The notes under the pieces were generated by a model. It saw nothing but the letters and a program-made list of their open reading frames with translations. It had not been told where the DNA came from and ran no database searches. Position numbers and translations under genes: made by a program. This document shows positions 24,465-37,113 of a DNA stretch of 64,000 bases, in pieces (within the stretch, counting starts at the first letter, position 1; the number at the start of each line of letters is the position of its first letter). This DNA is from Yuukianura sp. NJ FZ-2021 (taxonomy: Eukaryota), in contig JAJCTO010000011.1 in NCBI GenBank assembly GCA_046563655.1, forward strand, positions 124,001 to 188,000, given 5' to 3'.

Positions 24465-26006
24465 GATTACGGATTATACAGTTTTAGTGATTGAAAGTTG
24501 CAAGTTACCTTCCTTTTGGAGAATATGGCTGGAACGAAGTGTGTTGAGTAGGTCAAAGGGCAGTTGCTCTGGCGAATACTATTACGTGGAAGTAGCGAGT
24601 GTGAGTGGCTACTGAAACACTGTTGTTCACTAAATGAAGAGACGACGGAAACGTAGTGGATCTGACGGTGTGTTGTTTGCGACTGACCGCCCGTGTCATC
24701 TCTCCTCTCTTCTGCTCGACTCAACCCATCTGCTGAGGTGAGCCATGAGAGCCAGGGAGTTGAGCAGAGACGACGAGAGAACCTCCACTTTCTAGTTCCA
24801 TGTTACTTTCACTACGGAACGCTATCAAAGTGAAAGCACAAAAATTCAATAAGCTCTCCTGCAAATGACATGCAAAGGTTCAACTGATTTAAACGAAAAT
24901 AAGTGTCAAGTTTTTCTACGGGTGGTTAGAAACGTCTCTGACCAAGAAAAAAATATTCATGGGTTTGCTTGGTACAACGTCTTTGTTAATTGAAGGAATT
25001 TTCGTTTTGTGAATTGCAAGTTTGGATGAGATTCAACCGTTTCCGGAAAGTCTGGAGGGGAAAAGTTTTTTTTTACCCAAAGATACCCAAAGCGTTGCTT
25101 TTTTGCCTTAAAAATTTTCTAAAGTCCAGAAAACGAAGTGACCGAGCAATCCAGACCTGTAAAAAATTACGCCTGTTTTTGTCACCTTCATGCGGGAAGT
25201 ATTTTGTTACGGTGTGTATTAACCTAAGTCAGAGAGTAACCTAAATAAAATTTTGGAAATGTTCGAAATGCCCTCAAAGATTTTGCCTCTAACAATTTTT
25301 GAGTCAAAAACACGCCTGAAGTTTTCACTATTTGGGCAAAATTGGAGCTTTAGCAATGATTATTTAGAAGCTTTGCATGCGCATATGATTGAATGCGTAC
25401 CTACATCGCTACATCCTATCAGTGTACAAAGATTACGATATTCCAGTTATTCCATTCACTAAAGATGACAGCAAATTGACGGTAATGTTAACCTTGGTAG
25501 TATCAACTACGGCTTGTTACGGAGACTTTAAGTCATGTCCACAGCAGTCAACGTCTACACAAAACTCATTTCGTTCACACTTGCGGCGTCCGACGATTGG
25601 CAAGTCCCATCACATCCATATCTGGTTTTCAGAGCTTTAGTGGAGACCGATTGATTACCAAACATAACATGGGATGACACAGAGACAACGCGAATTACGC
25701 TCGTCGTAACCACAAAGTTTAACCGTCGACGCCATATTTATAACCTCCATATGGATACAATGCATGGCTAAAACGAATGTACCCTAATAAATACGTTCCA
25801 AACTTTACGTGTAAATATCGACGTCTTATTGGTAATCAAATCACCTCGACCTTAGTACAATGAGTGGAAATACACTTTGTGGTTACGACTGGTGCAATTC
25901 GCCCAGACTCCAACCGGACGAGCGAGTTTACATTTACCTACATCGTCGTGTTTGTCGACTTCTAAATAACCGGAGATTAATTAGATAAGCTGTTCATTTG
26001 TTGACC

Positions 26007-28109
26007 ATGTCGGACAGTGACGATAACTTGCCCAGGAAGAAGCTCAAATTGGACCCAAATACACCCGACGATGACGGTGCACTGGACTTGGAAGATTCAC
26101 AGCCCAAACTCGGATTCAAACCACGTAAGTAAACCCAACTGATGTCCTTGTAAATTACTTAGACGTAAACATTGAATCAAGAAAGACCAAAAGGAATGGG
26201 CTTTACTGATTCTATTGTTTGATATAGCAGTATCGTTGTGTAGGTAAGGGTGGATGTCTTACCGGCGCATTATAACGAAAATTCGGTTTGATACTTTCGT
26301 CCTGTCTTGGATTTGAACATATGACTTAAAAATACATTCGGAATTGATAAGACGATTATGTACATTTACAGGTCAATGCCCCTACTTGGATACGATTGAC
26401 AGAAGCGTACTGGATTTTGACTTTGAGAAGCTATGCTCTGTCTCCCTTTCTCGGATCAACGTTTACGCTTGCCTTGTTTGTGGCAAGTACTTCCAGGGCC
26501 GGGGAATTTCGACGCATGCCCACACACATAGCGTAGCGGATTTTCATCATGTCTATCTTAATTTGCACACTCTCAGATTCTACTGTTTACCAGATAACTA
26601 CGAGATCATAGGTATAAGATAAGATGGGTTGGGGCACACTTTAACTCAACCTATTACCAGAAGAACGAATTTATTTTAATCTACGCTATTTTTACACCGA
26701 TTTAGACTCCTCGTTGGATGACATTAAATACGTCGTTAATCCAATTTTTACTAAGAACTACATCAGTGCGTTGGATTCAACGGCGAAGGTAAGCATCAAC
26801 GGATTACCCTAGAATTGCTCTTAACTAACTGTTGATTCGTATGCTGAATTGAATCTCTGAATTTTTAGGAATCACGGGCAATTGATGGATCCATGTATTT
26901 GCCTGGTGTGGTCGGTCTGAACAACATAAAGGCCAACGATTATTGCAACGTTATTCTCCAGGCCTTGTGTCACGTGAAACCACTTAGGGACTATTTTCTC
27001 AGAGAGGAGAGTTACTCTGGTGTCAAGCGACCTCCGGGAGAAAATAGGTAGGTCACAACTCACAACATTACAGTTCATAAAGTTTATTGATTTTAGAGTA
27101 TCCACTGATTCGAAAAAGTACTGCGTTTGTGGTACTGCGGCTAATATTGACCATATGATCTTCTTAGCTTCCTTCTTGTTCAGCGTTTCGGTGAGTTGAT
27201 GCGAAAGCTATGGAATCCTCGGAACTTCAAAGTTCACGTGAGTCCACATGAAATGCTGCAAGCAGTGGTACTTTGCTCCAAGAAGCAATTCCAAATTACA
27301 GCCCAAGGAGACCCAATCACATTCCTCAGCTGGCTTCTCAACGCACTTCACAAGGCTCTCAATGGGAGCAAGTACGTTTAATTCATCAGCCATTCTCGCA
27401 CTTTCCATTGTAAAGTTTACTCAAAGGTTTACACTACTTTCTTAGAAACCCAAGGAGCAGCATTATCTACAAGACATTTTTGGGCAAAATGAAAGTGTTT
27501 ACACGGCGAATTGAAAAGGACAAGGCAGAGGAGGAGGAGCAAGTGGAAGAAACGTCTTTTCTGTATTTAACATGCGACCTTCCCCCAACTCCGCTTTTCA
27601 AGAACGAAATGATGGAGAACATCATCCCACAGGTTAGCTAATCGTTAGTTATCTAATTCCACTTACTTTCTTTAAACGTTTTTGTTTGACTTCAGGTAAA
27701 CCTGTACACTCTCCTCGGAAAATTCAACGGAAATGAGGCAAAGGAGTACAACACTTACAAGGAAAACTTTTTGAAGCGTTTCCAAGTGACATCCCTTCCT
27801 CCGTTCCTCATCCTGTACATCCGTCGCTTCACGAAGAATACGTTCTTCATTGAGAAGAATCCCACCATCGTCAACTTCCCAGTGCTCTCCGTGGACTTTG
27901 GAGAAGCTTTCGGACTTCCGTCTGCGCCCTACGACCTCATCGCCAATGTCGTCCATGAGGGGCAGCCCAAGCGAGGGACTTGGCGCATGCAGATGTATCA
28001 TCATGCCAATTCTACTTGGTACGAACTGCAGGATTTGCATGTCAAAGAAATCCTGCCTCAGATGCTAACCCTCACCGAACCCTATATTCAGATCTATCAG
28101 AGAAAATAA
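26007..28109 (+). CDS. USP39: U4/U6.U5 tri-snRNP-associated protein 2 (USP39/SAD1), multi-exon
   Basis: CPYLDTIDRSVLDFDFEKLCSVSLSRINVYACLVCGKYFQGRG (ZnF-UBP), YLPGVVGLNNIKANDYCNVILQAL, KLWNPRNFKVHVSPHEMLQAV, FTKNTFFIEKNPTIVNFP and WYELQDLHV..ILPQM. aataaa follows the stop. Confidence 0.95.
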
Positions 28110-29019
28110 CCTAATAACTGCAGTTGAATAAAGTGTTTCATATTTTAAAAGTTCGGAAAAATGAAAGGATTTGATTTAACCGACCGCTCCTTATGATGGG
28201 ATATTTTTTTGGATCTTGATTAAGACTGCTTTGACATATTTTTGATGCCGCGCAGTCTTTACAATCGGCATTGGAGTGCGGTGCCACGATATTTAGTGGT
28301 AACAACAAGTGTCGTTACGCTTACGTCAACCAACTCATCATACTATCCTTATTGGTTTTCAATTTCACTTTCAGTTTTTAATTAAAAGGGAAAGCAAGGA
28401 ACAGTTTAAAGTGTAATGTATAAATGAATCAGGACTGGATACTGGATTATTCTTGATCCTTAACCTACTGTTGCTGGAAGAAACGAATTCAATTATTGTT
28501 TGGTAAGAAGTGAGTGACACCTAACTCAATTTCACGTTATGTCTAATTATGAATTTCCTTAGCAATTAATTTAGACGACTTGAGACGAGGAACGATTGCG
28601 ACGGGACCCTGAATAAGGGTCACATCACCAGAATAATCACGCTAATGTACTTTTATTTCGTGTATTGCAGAACACTGGAGGCTCCCCCAACTTCGGTGGA
28701 TTCCGTGTCATTGCAAATTACATTTTTACTCAGATTTTCATGCAGATGACCCATGAAATACTACTGCAACGTGGAGTGGATCGTTAATTCCTTGGACAAG
28801 CAACTAACGGAATACCCTCCTGATTTGAGGGTTTAACACATGTAAACACACAGTTCAAACAAGCCGTTTATATTCAGACCCAGTGTTCCATAACTTTGGT
28901 TTACTTATGATTCAAGGATGCAATGCGGTATTGAGTTATAAGAAACTAGGACACTCTGTCAGAAGTGAAGTCTGAAGAAGCCTAAAGCAACAGGCGGTGG
29001 AGAGTTGCACAAAAATTTC

Positions 29020-31579
29020 ATGGAAACCAATGATGGTTCTGGTGGTCATGGATTCCAAGTACCAAGTTCCGTAAGTTTAAAGGTTCTGCTGATCTTTATT
29101 TGAACGAATATTGGATTTACTACATAATCGTGCACTTATGTATAAACAAAAGGATACAACACAGTGGACCGAGGAGGTGGAAGAGGATGCCGTATGGGGC
29201 GTGTATTTGAAAAAGATTCGCTACCAGAGGCCTTCTGTCTTAGTCCAAGTGGTTACCAACTATCCGTCCTCGTCATCTTCCGGGCCAAGCCACAGTCAGT
29301 CGTTAGGACGCTCAAGCGGAATTACCTCCTGCACCACCTCTTCGTCCGACGTCGTCATTGATGAAGTGGACTCGGACCAAGGAGAAATTGCTCATTTGAT
29401 GTGGGAAACTGTTCGTGTGCGAGTGCTCAGAGCCGGAACCCTTCGACGAATAGTTGAAGCCATGTCGAACGACGACAGCGATGTCCAGGTGAGGGAAAGT
29501 AACTGAAGTTGTGTATACAGTCACAGGAAGTTATTCTACTGAGAAAAAAATAAACTGTTTTTGAGTAGGCGACGCATCTGAGCGTGTTCTTAGCTACGTA
29601 TCGTGCCTTTGCAACTCCGACTGAAGTACTACAAGAAATCATCTACCTCTACAAGCACTCAAGTCAAGACTCACTACGAAAGTAAGTCAAATTAATTAAG
29701 GTAGTTGAGCCTAATTAGCCGATGTTTGTTCTTTGTTATAAAGAAGCATTGACCTTACTCGGAATATTTCAAAATAATAGGGTGATGCTGGACTGTCTCA
29801 ATGCATGGCTCGACTCTTATTCTGAAGATTTCGAATCCGGAGGGGATGGTTACCACTGTTTACGTAAAGTCATCCTGCCATTTGCACAAGATCAAGGACT
29901 CACTTCTCTGGCACTAAAAATTCAATATAAACTGAGATCACGGCGCAAGATGAGGAAGTCTAGCAGCCTGCACTCTCTACGCACTTTCTCGCCGCAGAAC
30001 ATTCGAACGTACTCACTCTTGGCCATACCGGAATCACATTTTGCACAACAGCTCACCATACTATGATAAGGTGACACATTTTGAAGCAAAACGTTCCATA
30101 TAGACAAATTGTCTTAACACAAGTCCATGTTTTTTAGGAACTATTTCTTAATTTGCGTGTTTGGGAATGTTTGGGAGGCTTGTGGAAGCGAAGGTGCGGA
30201 TGTGCTTCTGTAGCGGCAACAGTTGAGCAGTTCAATGCACTTTCAGGACGTGTTGTGGCCACGATTCTGGTTGATCCGACGTTACCTCTGCAACAAAGGG
30301 CGAAAATACTCGAGAAATGGATTCGAATTGCTCAGGTGGGATTTCGGGAAAACACTGCTTTTTTTCTTGTAGTTGTTGGGCAGGAATGAGGTTAAATTGC
30401 ATTGTTACAGGAATTACGGCAGCTCAAGAATTTTTCGTCGTTGAAAGCCATCATTGCAGGGTTGGAGTCAAACCCAATCTTTCGCCTCTCCAAGCTCTGG
30501 CATCTCGTCTCCAAGGACCGCCTGACCATTTACTCACAATTATCCCAAATCTTCTCCGAAGACAACAACCGAATGGCACAACGGAGTCTTCTGGAAGCCG
30601 AGGGAACAGCCAAATTCCCTACGCCCACCAAGAGTCCAAAGGACAGAAGATTCCTATCAAGGGTTCTACGCTCAAGTCATGGCACGAGAGGCACGACGGC
30701 AGAATTCGACTCTCCGAATGGGACGATTCCTTATCTTGGTACATTCCTCACTGATTTGACATTCATTGACGCTGCATACCCAGACTACGTACACGGAACA
30801 CTCATCAACTTTGACAAACGAAAAAAGGAATTTGAAGTCTTAGCTCAGCTGAAGCTCCTACAAGGATCTGCCAAAGGATATCGCCTAGAAGAGGATCCGT
30901 ACTTCACGTCGTGGTACAACTCTTTAACAGTGTTGGATGACAAGGCTGCTTACGACTTGTCGGTCGCAATTCAAACTGAACGGGTTCCGCCTAAAGGACA
31001 TCGCAAGAGCGACTCTTTTGCTTCAAACTCATCGTCGGAAAATACGGAGAGCGTTTTGGGAATTCCCCCCACTCGAAAGGTAATTTGTAATTTGAAAGCC
31101 AATTATTATTATTTGTGATTGTATTTATGTTCTATTAGGGTTCAATCCAGAGTTCAAACGAAAGTTCCACGGGTTACTCAGAGGCCCCACCAGTCGTACC
31201 CGGACTCACTTCCCCCACGCCGGAAACATCAGTCGTTGTGAAAGTTTCATCACCAGCCAAATCAGATGTAATGTACAAATCTATGATTGTCAGTAATTCG
31301 GACCACACGCCGCAAGTGATAGCCCAAGCGCTGGAAAAGTTGGGTTTCGAAGGAGAGGAACCTCGTCGCTTCTCACTCGTCCAAGTTCTCGCTAATAAAG
31401 AACTTAAGTTCCCCGCAAACGCAAACGTTTTCTACGCCCTGGACAACTCGGGAGTTCCTGGAAGCGTTCGATTGGAGTTGAGGCCAACAACGAACCACAC
31501 GTCTGGACGCAACCTTCGCGTGAGCCCCAAACCACACCCGTTGTCCCTCTCATCCGTGAGTCTCAACAACAATCAATAA
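29020..31579 (+). CDS. Ral guanine nucleotide dissociation stimulator-like (RalGDS/RGL) protein: RasGEF_N, RasGEF and RA domains
   Basis: [108 protein letters not shown], and C-terminal MYKSMIVSNSDHTPQVI..ANVFYAL. The start codon is tentative. Confidence 0.9.
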
Positions 31580-31694
31580 ATTACAAGTCTATTTCCGGAA
31601 GTACATGTACTCTACATTCCTCAACAAAACAATCGCATCAACTGTGATTCTATAATAAACGGACTTAACAAACAAAACATTTAAAACTTGGATG

Positions 31695-32857
31695 TTAGAT
31701 TCTCCGCTGTTTCTTTCCTCGTGGTGGATTGGAGGAGATGGGTGTGTTATCCGTCACGGAGACAATGTTGAGACCGGCCATTTGAAGTCCCTTTACTGAA
31801 CTCATACGTCCCGGACCGAGGCCTTGGATTTTGACTCGAAGTGTTTTCACACTCTTCTTCACAAGATCCTGTAGTCAAAAAGCGGAATCAGCTGTAGGTA
31901 GAAATAGATACACTGCAGAGTCAAATGACCTCCGTATTATTGGGTAGTTAATAATCTCCAAACAAACTGAAACACATTTTGAAACCCCGATTTCCCGATT
32001 TTGAAATCAGGAAATTAATCACATCAATAATCACTCTTTAGTGTTGTTGAGATATGACAGATTTGTGTTTCAGTTTGCTCGCGTAACGTTTTCAACAGTT
32101 GGCCAGTCTTACATTGCCTAATGTGATGGCCGTCGCCTGAGCAGCAATGTTCGTTCCTTTTCGCGTGTTTTTGAATCCTTCTATACCGCAAGACCGGTAG
32201 CCCAGCCGCTCACTTCCATTGTAGTTGGTAACAGTTATAATTGTGTTATTTGGACTGGTTTTGATGTGACAAATTGGAAGATCAGCGAAACGTACCCCGT
32301 CAAAAAGAGTGTCAGGAGTCTCGGCAGTAGGGAACATGTCATCCTTGCTAAATCAAACTGCAATTAGTGGTGTATGACTAATCAATTGCTTAGATTACAA
32401 AAGGAGCTTTTGCTTTACTAGTACTTATTAGGCTGAGTTGCAGTTTTGTTCTGAAGCCTCCGTGGCGGCTGTAGGCTGTAGGCTGTAGGTTAGGTAACCT
32501 AACCTACCTGCCTACAGCCTACTGCCTACAGCCTACAGCCTACAGCCTACAGCCTACAGCCGCCACGGAGGCTTCAGAACAAAACTGCAACTCAGCCACT
32601 TATTACCTCCTGCCAATGAGACCTATGTCTGTCCCGGTTTCGCCCTGCGTCCCCATATCCTTCTTTGGCATCGAGGCTGCCAATTCTTTCCGATCATCTG
32701 CCTTCCATCTTCGGAATATTTCGTCTTGACGCCGCAAGGGTACACAAGAAGTTGAACCTTCGTGCGAGAGAAGAGTAGATCCTACCACGGCAATAATCGG
32801 ACTAATCGGAGTCCTAATAAGATGACCTTGAGGTTTCCACAATCTAGCCAGATTCAT
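31695..32857 (-). CDS. MRPS11: Mitochondrial ribosomal protein S11 (3 exons)
   Basis: [46 protein letters not shown] and [44 protein letters not shown]. The N-terminus resembles a mitochondrial presequence. Confidence 0.93.
32431..32597. mobile_element. Palindromic MITE in MRPS11 intron 1, 8-bp TSD
   Basis: Perfect TIR ggctgagttgcagttttgttctgaagcctccgtggcggctgtagg with (ctgtagg)n subrepeats. TSD acttatta at 32423-30 and 32598-605. Confidence 0.9.
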
Positions 32858-33508
32858 TTTATTGAACCTTACGCTTATTGAAATATTGAACCTTATCCTG
32901 GTTTCAGAAAGGCACCACGAAAGTTTGGTTGTCCGGTCTTACTAAATAAAAACTTTAAATATTTTATAAATAATCGGACTACGATTATCGGAGTCGACCT
33001 CAATTGAAAGAACACAGGAAAACGCTTAGAAACACTTATCTTCCCTGAAATCAATAAATAATACGTAGGTATAAGTACGGTAGTGAAAGCGAAAGGTAGG
33101 GAAGTTAGTAACCTAAGTTATTCGCAAAACCGCAAATTCATACACAACATACTTGGTTGAACGACAGAATTATCCCACTCCATTGTAACCTCAACAATGT
33201 TAATAAGTTTTAGCATCATTCTGTTGTACCAGTGCTCACACTACAATATCAACCTGGTACCACCAAGTACTAGATTAAACGTCTACGCCTCTACGGGTAT
33301 TACGGCTGGAGTGACAACATAATTGACCATATTGGTACAACGTTGTTTGATGTAACTAGTATTACTACGATCTTCTATGCACCTCTTCCTTACATCAACG
33401 AGAATCAACCTAACAACACTACATGAGACCAACTAATCATCTGAAAGGCCAACAACGCAGAAATTCGGTGGTGGTGGTGGTGGAATTGAGGTAAGTGGTG
33501 GTGGAGGT

Positions 33509-34113
33509 TGTAACGCCGGAAATAGGCGTTCGCCGTTTCAGGAAGGGCCCACGGGGGAGACCGATGTTTGCCCCGTGGGGTCAAGGGCCCTAAAGACCCC
33601 TTCCGGGCGGCCGAGGTTCCATGCCAGTCAGTCCATTGTTGCGAGGAGGTGAAAATGAAGTCCCTATGTTCTTATTAAGTGTCGTACTTCCTTTATTCGA
33701 GTTTCGCTTACTTCTTCGACTTCTGTACTGACTTAACTTTAGGCAGTGACTGCCGGGTATTTATACCAGGTGCTTAATTATCCGTTAATTGAAGGTGGTT
33801 AGATAGTACCTTTTGTGGTAAACAAGTGGTAAAGTAACAACCGCAGGAGCACTAACCGCATTACCGGCGTAGGCTGTGGTAACACTAATTGGGTGATAAA
33901 GAGGGCCTGCGGTGAGGCTGATTCTTAATCGAATTATCTACCTGGCCTTGTGGTTTTGTCTTAATTAACCTGGCCTTGCTATTACACTTCCTGCTTAGTA
34001 ACTAAATACAAGTGCTGGGGTCCCTTAGCGACTAAGTGACTAAGTGTACGTGGAACCTTGGCTGAGTGAAAGTAAAACGTGGAAATAAATCTTGAATTAA
34101 AGCAGGTGTAACA
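33509..34113 (-). repeat. 3' LTR
   Basis: Minus-strand TATAAATA (33758-65), Inr-like TCAGT (33727-31) and AATAAA (33692-97). Confidence 0.92.
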
Positions 34114-34176
34114 CTCTCCAACGCCTATTCTTTTTGTCGTCCCGACAAAACAATGCGTAGGGGCGGAGCATGTGTG

Positions 34177-35407
34177 CTACAGATTCTGTGGTTCAAATTG
34201 TCGGAGGCGGGCTTCTAACTCTTGCACCTTGGCCACAAGCATCGGGAGGAGTATGTCCGGCGGAGGTAGACTTCCTAGTACAGGGAGTTCAGACTGGGGC
34301 GGTGCCAGCGGAATAGAGTACGGTGTCCACCGTGGTGTATGCTTGCCCGGTCCCACGGCGAGCCGACTTGCTGGGCGCATGTTTGCTGGGAAGTCCGCCC
34401 CGAACCAAGTGAGTAATTCTGGTACGAGCTGGCGGGCACGGGCTTCGTCCATGCCTTCGGGTTTTGGTAGCGTGGTGATGCGCTGGCGCAGTCCTTTGAT
34501 GAACTCACGGTCTGTGCCCTCTTTCCACGTCTCGTAGTCTTGCTGGAAGAGGTTTGTTGGGAGGTCGAGGACGCGTGCAACATAAATAATACTGGCTCGA
34601 ACCCGGGCGTCTCTGGCATTTGTTGGGTCGGTGTCCGAGAAGAAGTGTTTTTAACTGGTACTGTTCTGCTGTTTGCTCGTGGGTGCTGTCGAAAATCTCT
34701 TGTAGGGTGTAACGAATATTTACTACGCTGTTGTCGAGGGTGTCCTGAAGGTGCATGGTGATGTCCCGCCAGAAAAGAACGATTGTTGCTGTCGAGTCCA
34801 TCATGCGCTCTAGGTCTTGATCTAGGAATTGGCGGGGGAAGCCGGCGGGTATGGTTACTGTTGACCCGAACTCGTTTCGGATAACGTGTGGGGTTGCGTG
34901 ATCCGGTAGGTTGTCCCAGTGAAGGCGAATTGTTTCAACATCTAGTATGCTTCGGGGTACAATCCTCAAGTCGCGTTCGATCCATTGTTGCTGCTGCTGA
35001 CCGCTGTAGCAAAGCTTGATTACTCGATGCGTTCCGAACAGTTGTCGCAGAGGGTCGTGAGAATTCGGATTCCTGGGGTCCACGGCAAAAGCGTTTTTCT
35101 TGGATATGATGACAATACGGCAAATCGCGCCTACGTAGGAATGTGGCCATTCAAAACAAGTGAAGGCAACGGGAGAGATTTCCATCGCTGTCGTGAAGTG
35201 AGCCGTGATCTCGTCCTGCGTTGTTAAGGTGTGCATGTTAAACGGCGGCAGTTCCCAGGCTGCTGTCCAAAGTGTGTTGCCCATTCGTGCGTCGTCTAGG
35301 AAAGGAACTCCCGTGCGAATTGGTCGCACGAGTCGCATACCGTCCGTAAGGTTTCTAACCTGCGTTTGCGCGTAGTTCAGTTGAGTTGACTTGCGAAGCG
35401 TCTCCAT
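34177..35407 (-). CDS. RRP6/EXOSC10-like (RNase D family) protein, apparently catalytically inactive; one frameshift near 34650 joins a possible HRDC-like C-terminus
   Basis: VAFTCFEWPHSYVGAICRIVIISKKNAFAVDP..LRQLFGTHRVIKLCYSGQQQQQWIERDLRIVPRSILDV parallels RRP6 [70 protein letters not shown]. The acidic ExoI/II residues are replaced. The ORF is intronless. Confidence 0.62.
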
Positions 35408-35489
35408 GTCTACTGTAGTTCCTTCGAAGGTGAATTAGACGTTGACGTTTGTTTGGTTGTGTGGGGAGTGCTTTGGCTTGTTGACTTCC

Positions 35490-35650
35490 ACTAACTGACT
35501 CTCCAATTCTCTGCTGCTCGTTATTTAACCTGGACTCTTAATTGCTCGGCTGTGGGCGTTAATTGAAGGTGGTTGATTAGCAATTTCGGTGCCTAAAACC
35601 ACATTACCGGCGCTGGCTGTGGTGGTGCTGAATTAAATAATCTGCGGTGC
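35490..35650 (-). promoter_or_regulatory. Internal degenerate copy of the LTR promoter upstream of the RRP6-like ORF
   Basis: cgttaattgaaggtggtt (35557-74) is identical to LTR 33783-800. cattaccggcg..ggctgtggt and ctgcggtg are also shared in order. Minus-strand TTAAATA and TCAGTT precede the ATG at 35407. Confidence 0.65.
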
Positions 35651-36384
35651 TGATATCTCGTTCGGTGGTCCTTAATTGGAACATCACTCGTTGAGGTGAC
35701 GGGACAGCGTCAATTTTTCTTCCGGGTTGCCTCTGATCATGAGAGCGAAGCATGTGTACGGGGTCGTCTAGTTTGACCGTTGACCGCCAATGTTCAGAAT
35801 TTACTCCCTTCGTGTTTTCTTCTCGTAGTTTCTCCGGTTTCTGTCGTAATTTTCGTCCTTAAAGGTTGGAGGCGGTGACGCAGGTCACGTTAGGAGACTT
35901 CTGGCGACGCCTGGCCCTCCCCAACTTAAATCGCTGCTACTCCCGGAGCAGCTTCGGTGGGTGCGAATTGGAACAGAGTCGTCTGAGAGTTCATGACTTG
36001 GCCACAGGGATGACCACGCTCGTTGGAGCTTAAGGTACAGGGCTAATTACATTAGTTTTCTTCTAAGTAATTTAAGTAATTTCTTATCTTATCACAAAAA
36101 CAAAAAAAATGCTTTGGGAGAGTCGTGTGATAAACTTAAACAGGTGATCTGAACTACTTTACGTAGGTAATGATTTCTTAGCTGATTTTAAGTAACAATT
36201 TAACCAATATTTGACATTGGTGTCACACTTTTCCACTCGAGATCAGAAGTTAGATTAGTAAGACAAATACATAAAGCATAAGCAGAACGTTGCAAAGCAC
36301 CATGAGGCTCGGCTGGCCCCTTTTGCGGAAGCACTGATATCAGAGAGAATTCTCAGTTAACCCAGGCCGTATGTCTGTCTGTGA

Positions 36385-37113
36385 ATGGAAACCAACAGGC
36401 TGCCCAAGATCTGCCTCCTGGAACTTGAAAAAAGACACATCAAATCCCCATCTAAAAAGTTTAATTGGGTCACTCAGTTCTCTCAATTCACAGAATCATT
36501 GGGCCTCGGAGACGTCACACAATTACCTCAATGGACAGGACTGCAAGACCTAATACAAACTCAAAAAATGGCTATCCTCAAACTACACAAACGAGACATG
36601 GAAGCCCTTGAAATATCCACAAGAAACCATTTTTACGCAGAAGTAAGAGGGAAAATAATACTGGAAGATCTGGAGAAAACAGGCCTATCCTCACAACCAC
36701 CTCCCTCTGCCACCGCAAGTTGCAAGAAAAAAGCCCCACCATCTACAGCACTCACACCAGCACCATACCTAATGCTAGAAATCCCATTCACAACGAAGAA
36801 GATCATAGCTGCTGCCAGGACACAGAGCGAATTTTTAAAATTCCGCGGGCAACACACAATTCTAAAAAATCCGGAAAACTGCACCTTGTGCAGCTTAAAC
36901 ACCAAAGATGACATGTTCCACATGGTATGCGAATGTCCACACAGCAGCGTAACTGAAATTAAAAACAGGGTCAACCTAAATTCTCCTCGACGATGCAATC
37001 AAATTCTCGAACTACTAGAATCAATGACAACAAAAGAGGAACTCCTACATTTTGCTGAATTGGTAACCTACTCATTGCGCAGACGCTGCATTCTGGAACA
37101 GGACCAAGGCTAA
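36385..37113 (+). mobile_element. 3' fragment of a non-LTR retrotransposon ORF2 (post-RT region and CCHC finger)
   Basis: RLPKICL..NW motif and C-terminal CTLC..DDMFHMVCECP. No RT core upstream, so it is 5'-truncated. Confidence 0.7.

Noticed and set aside
25650..25905. Imperfect inverted repeats upstream of USP39 (gtcgtaaccacaaagt / actttgtggttacgac)
   Set aside because: Probably an old MITE remnant. Boundaries and TSD could not be defined.
26007..28109. USP39 as a functional partner of the transposon OTU
   Set aside because: USP39 is an ordinary conserved spliceosomal pseudo-DUB outside the TIRs. Proximity is not evidence.
33636..33655. HDV-like ribozyme suggested by minus-strand cctcctcgc in the LTR
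   Set aside because: The flanking P3/P1 pairings needed for the fold are not present.
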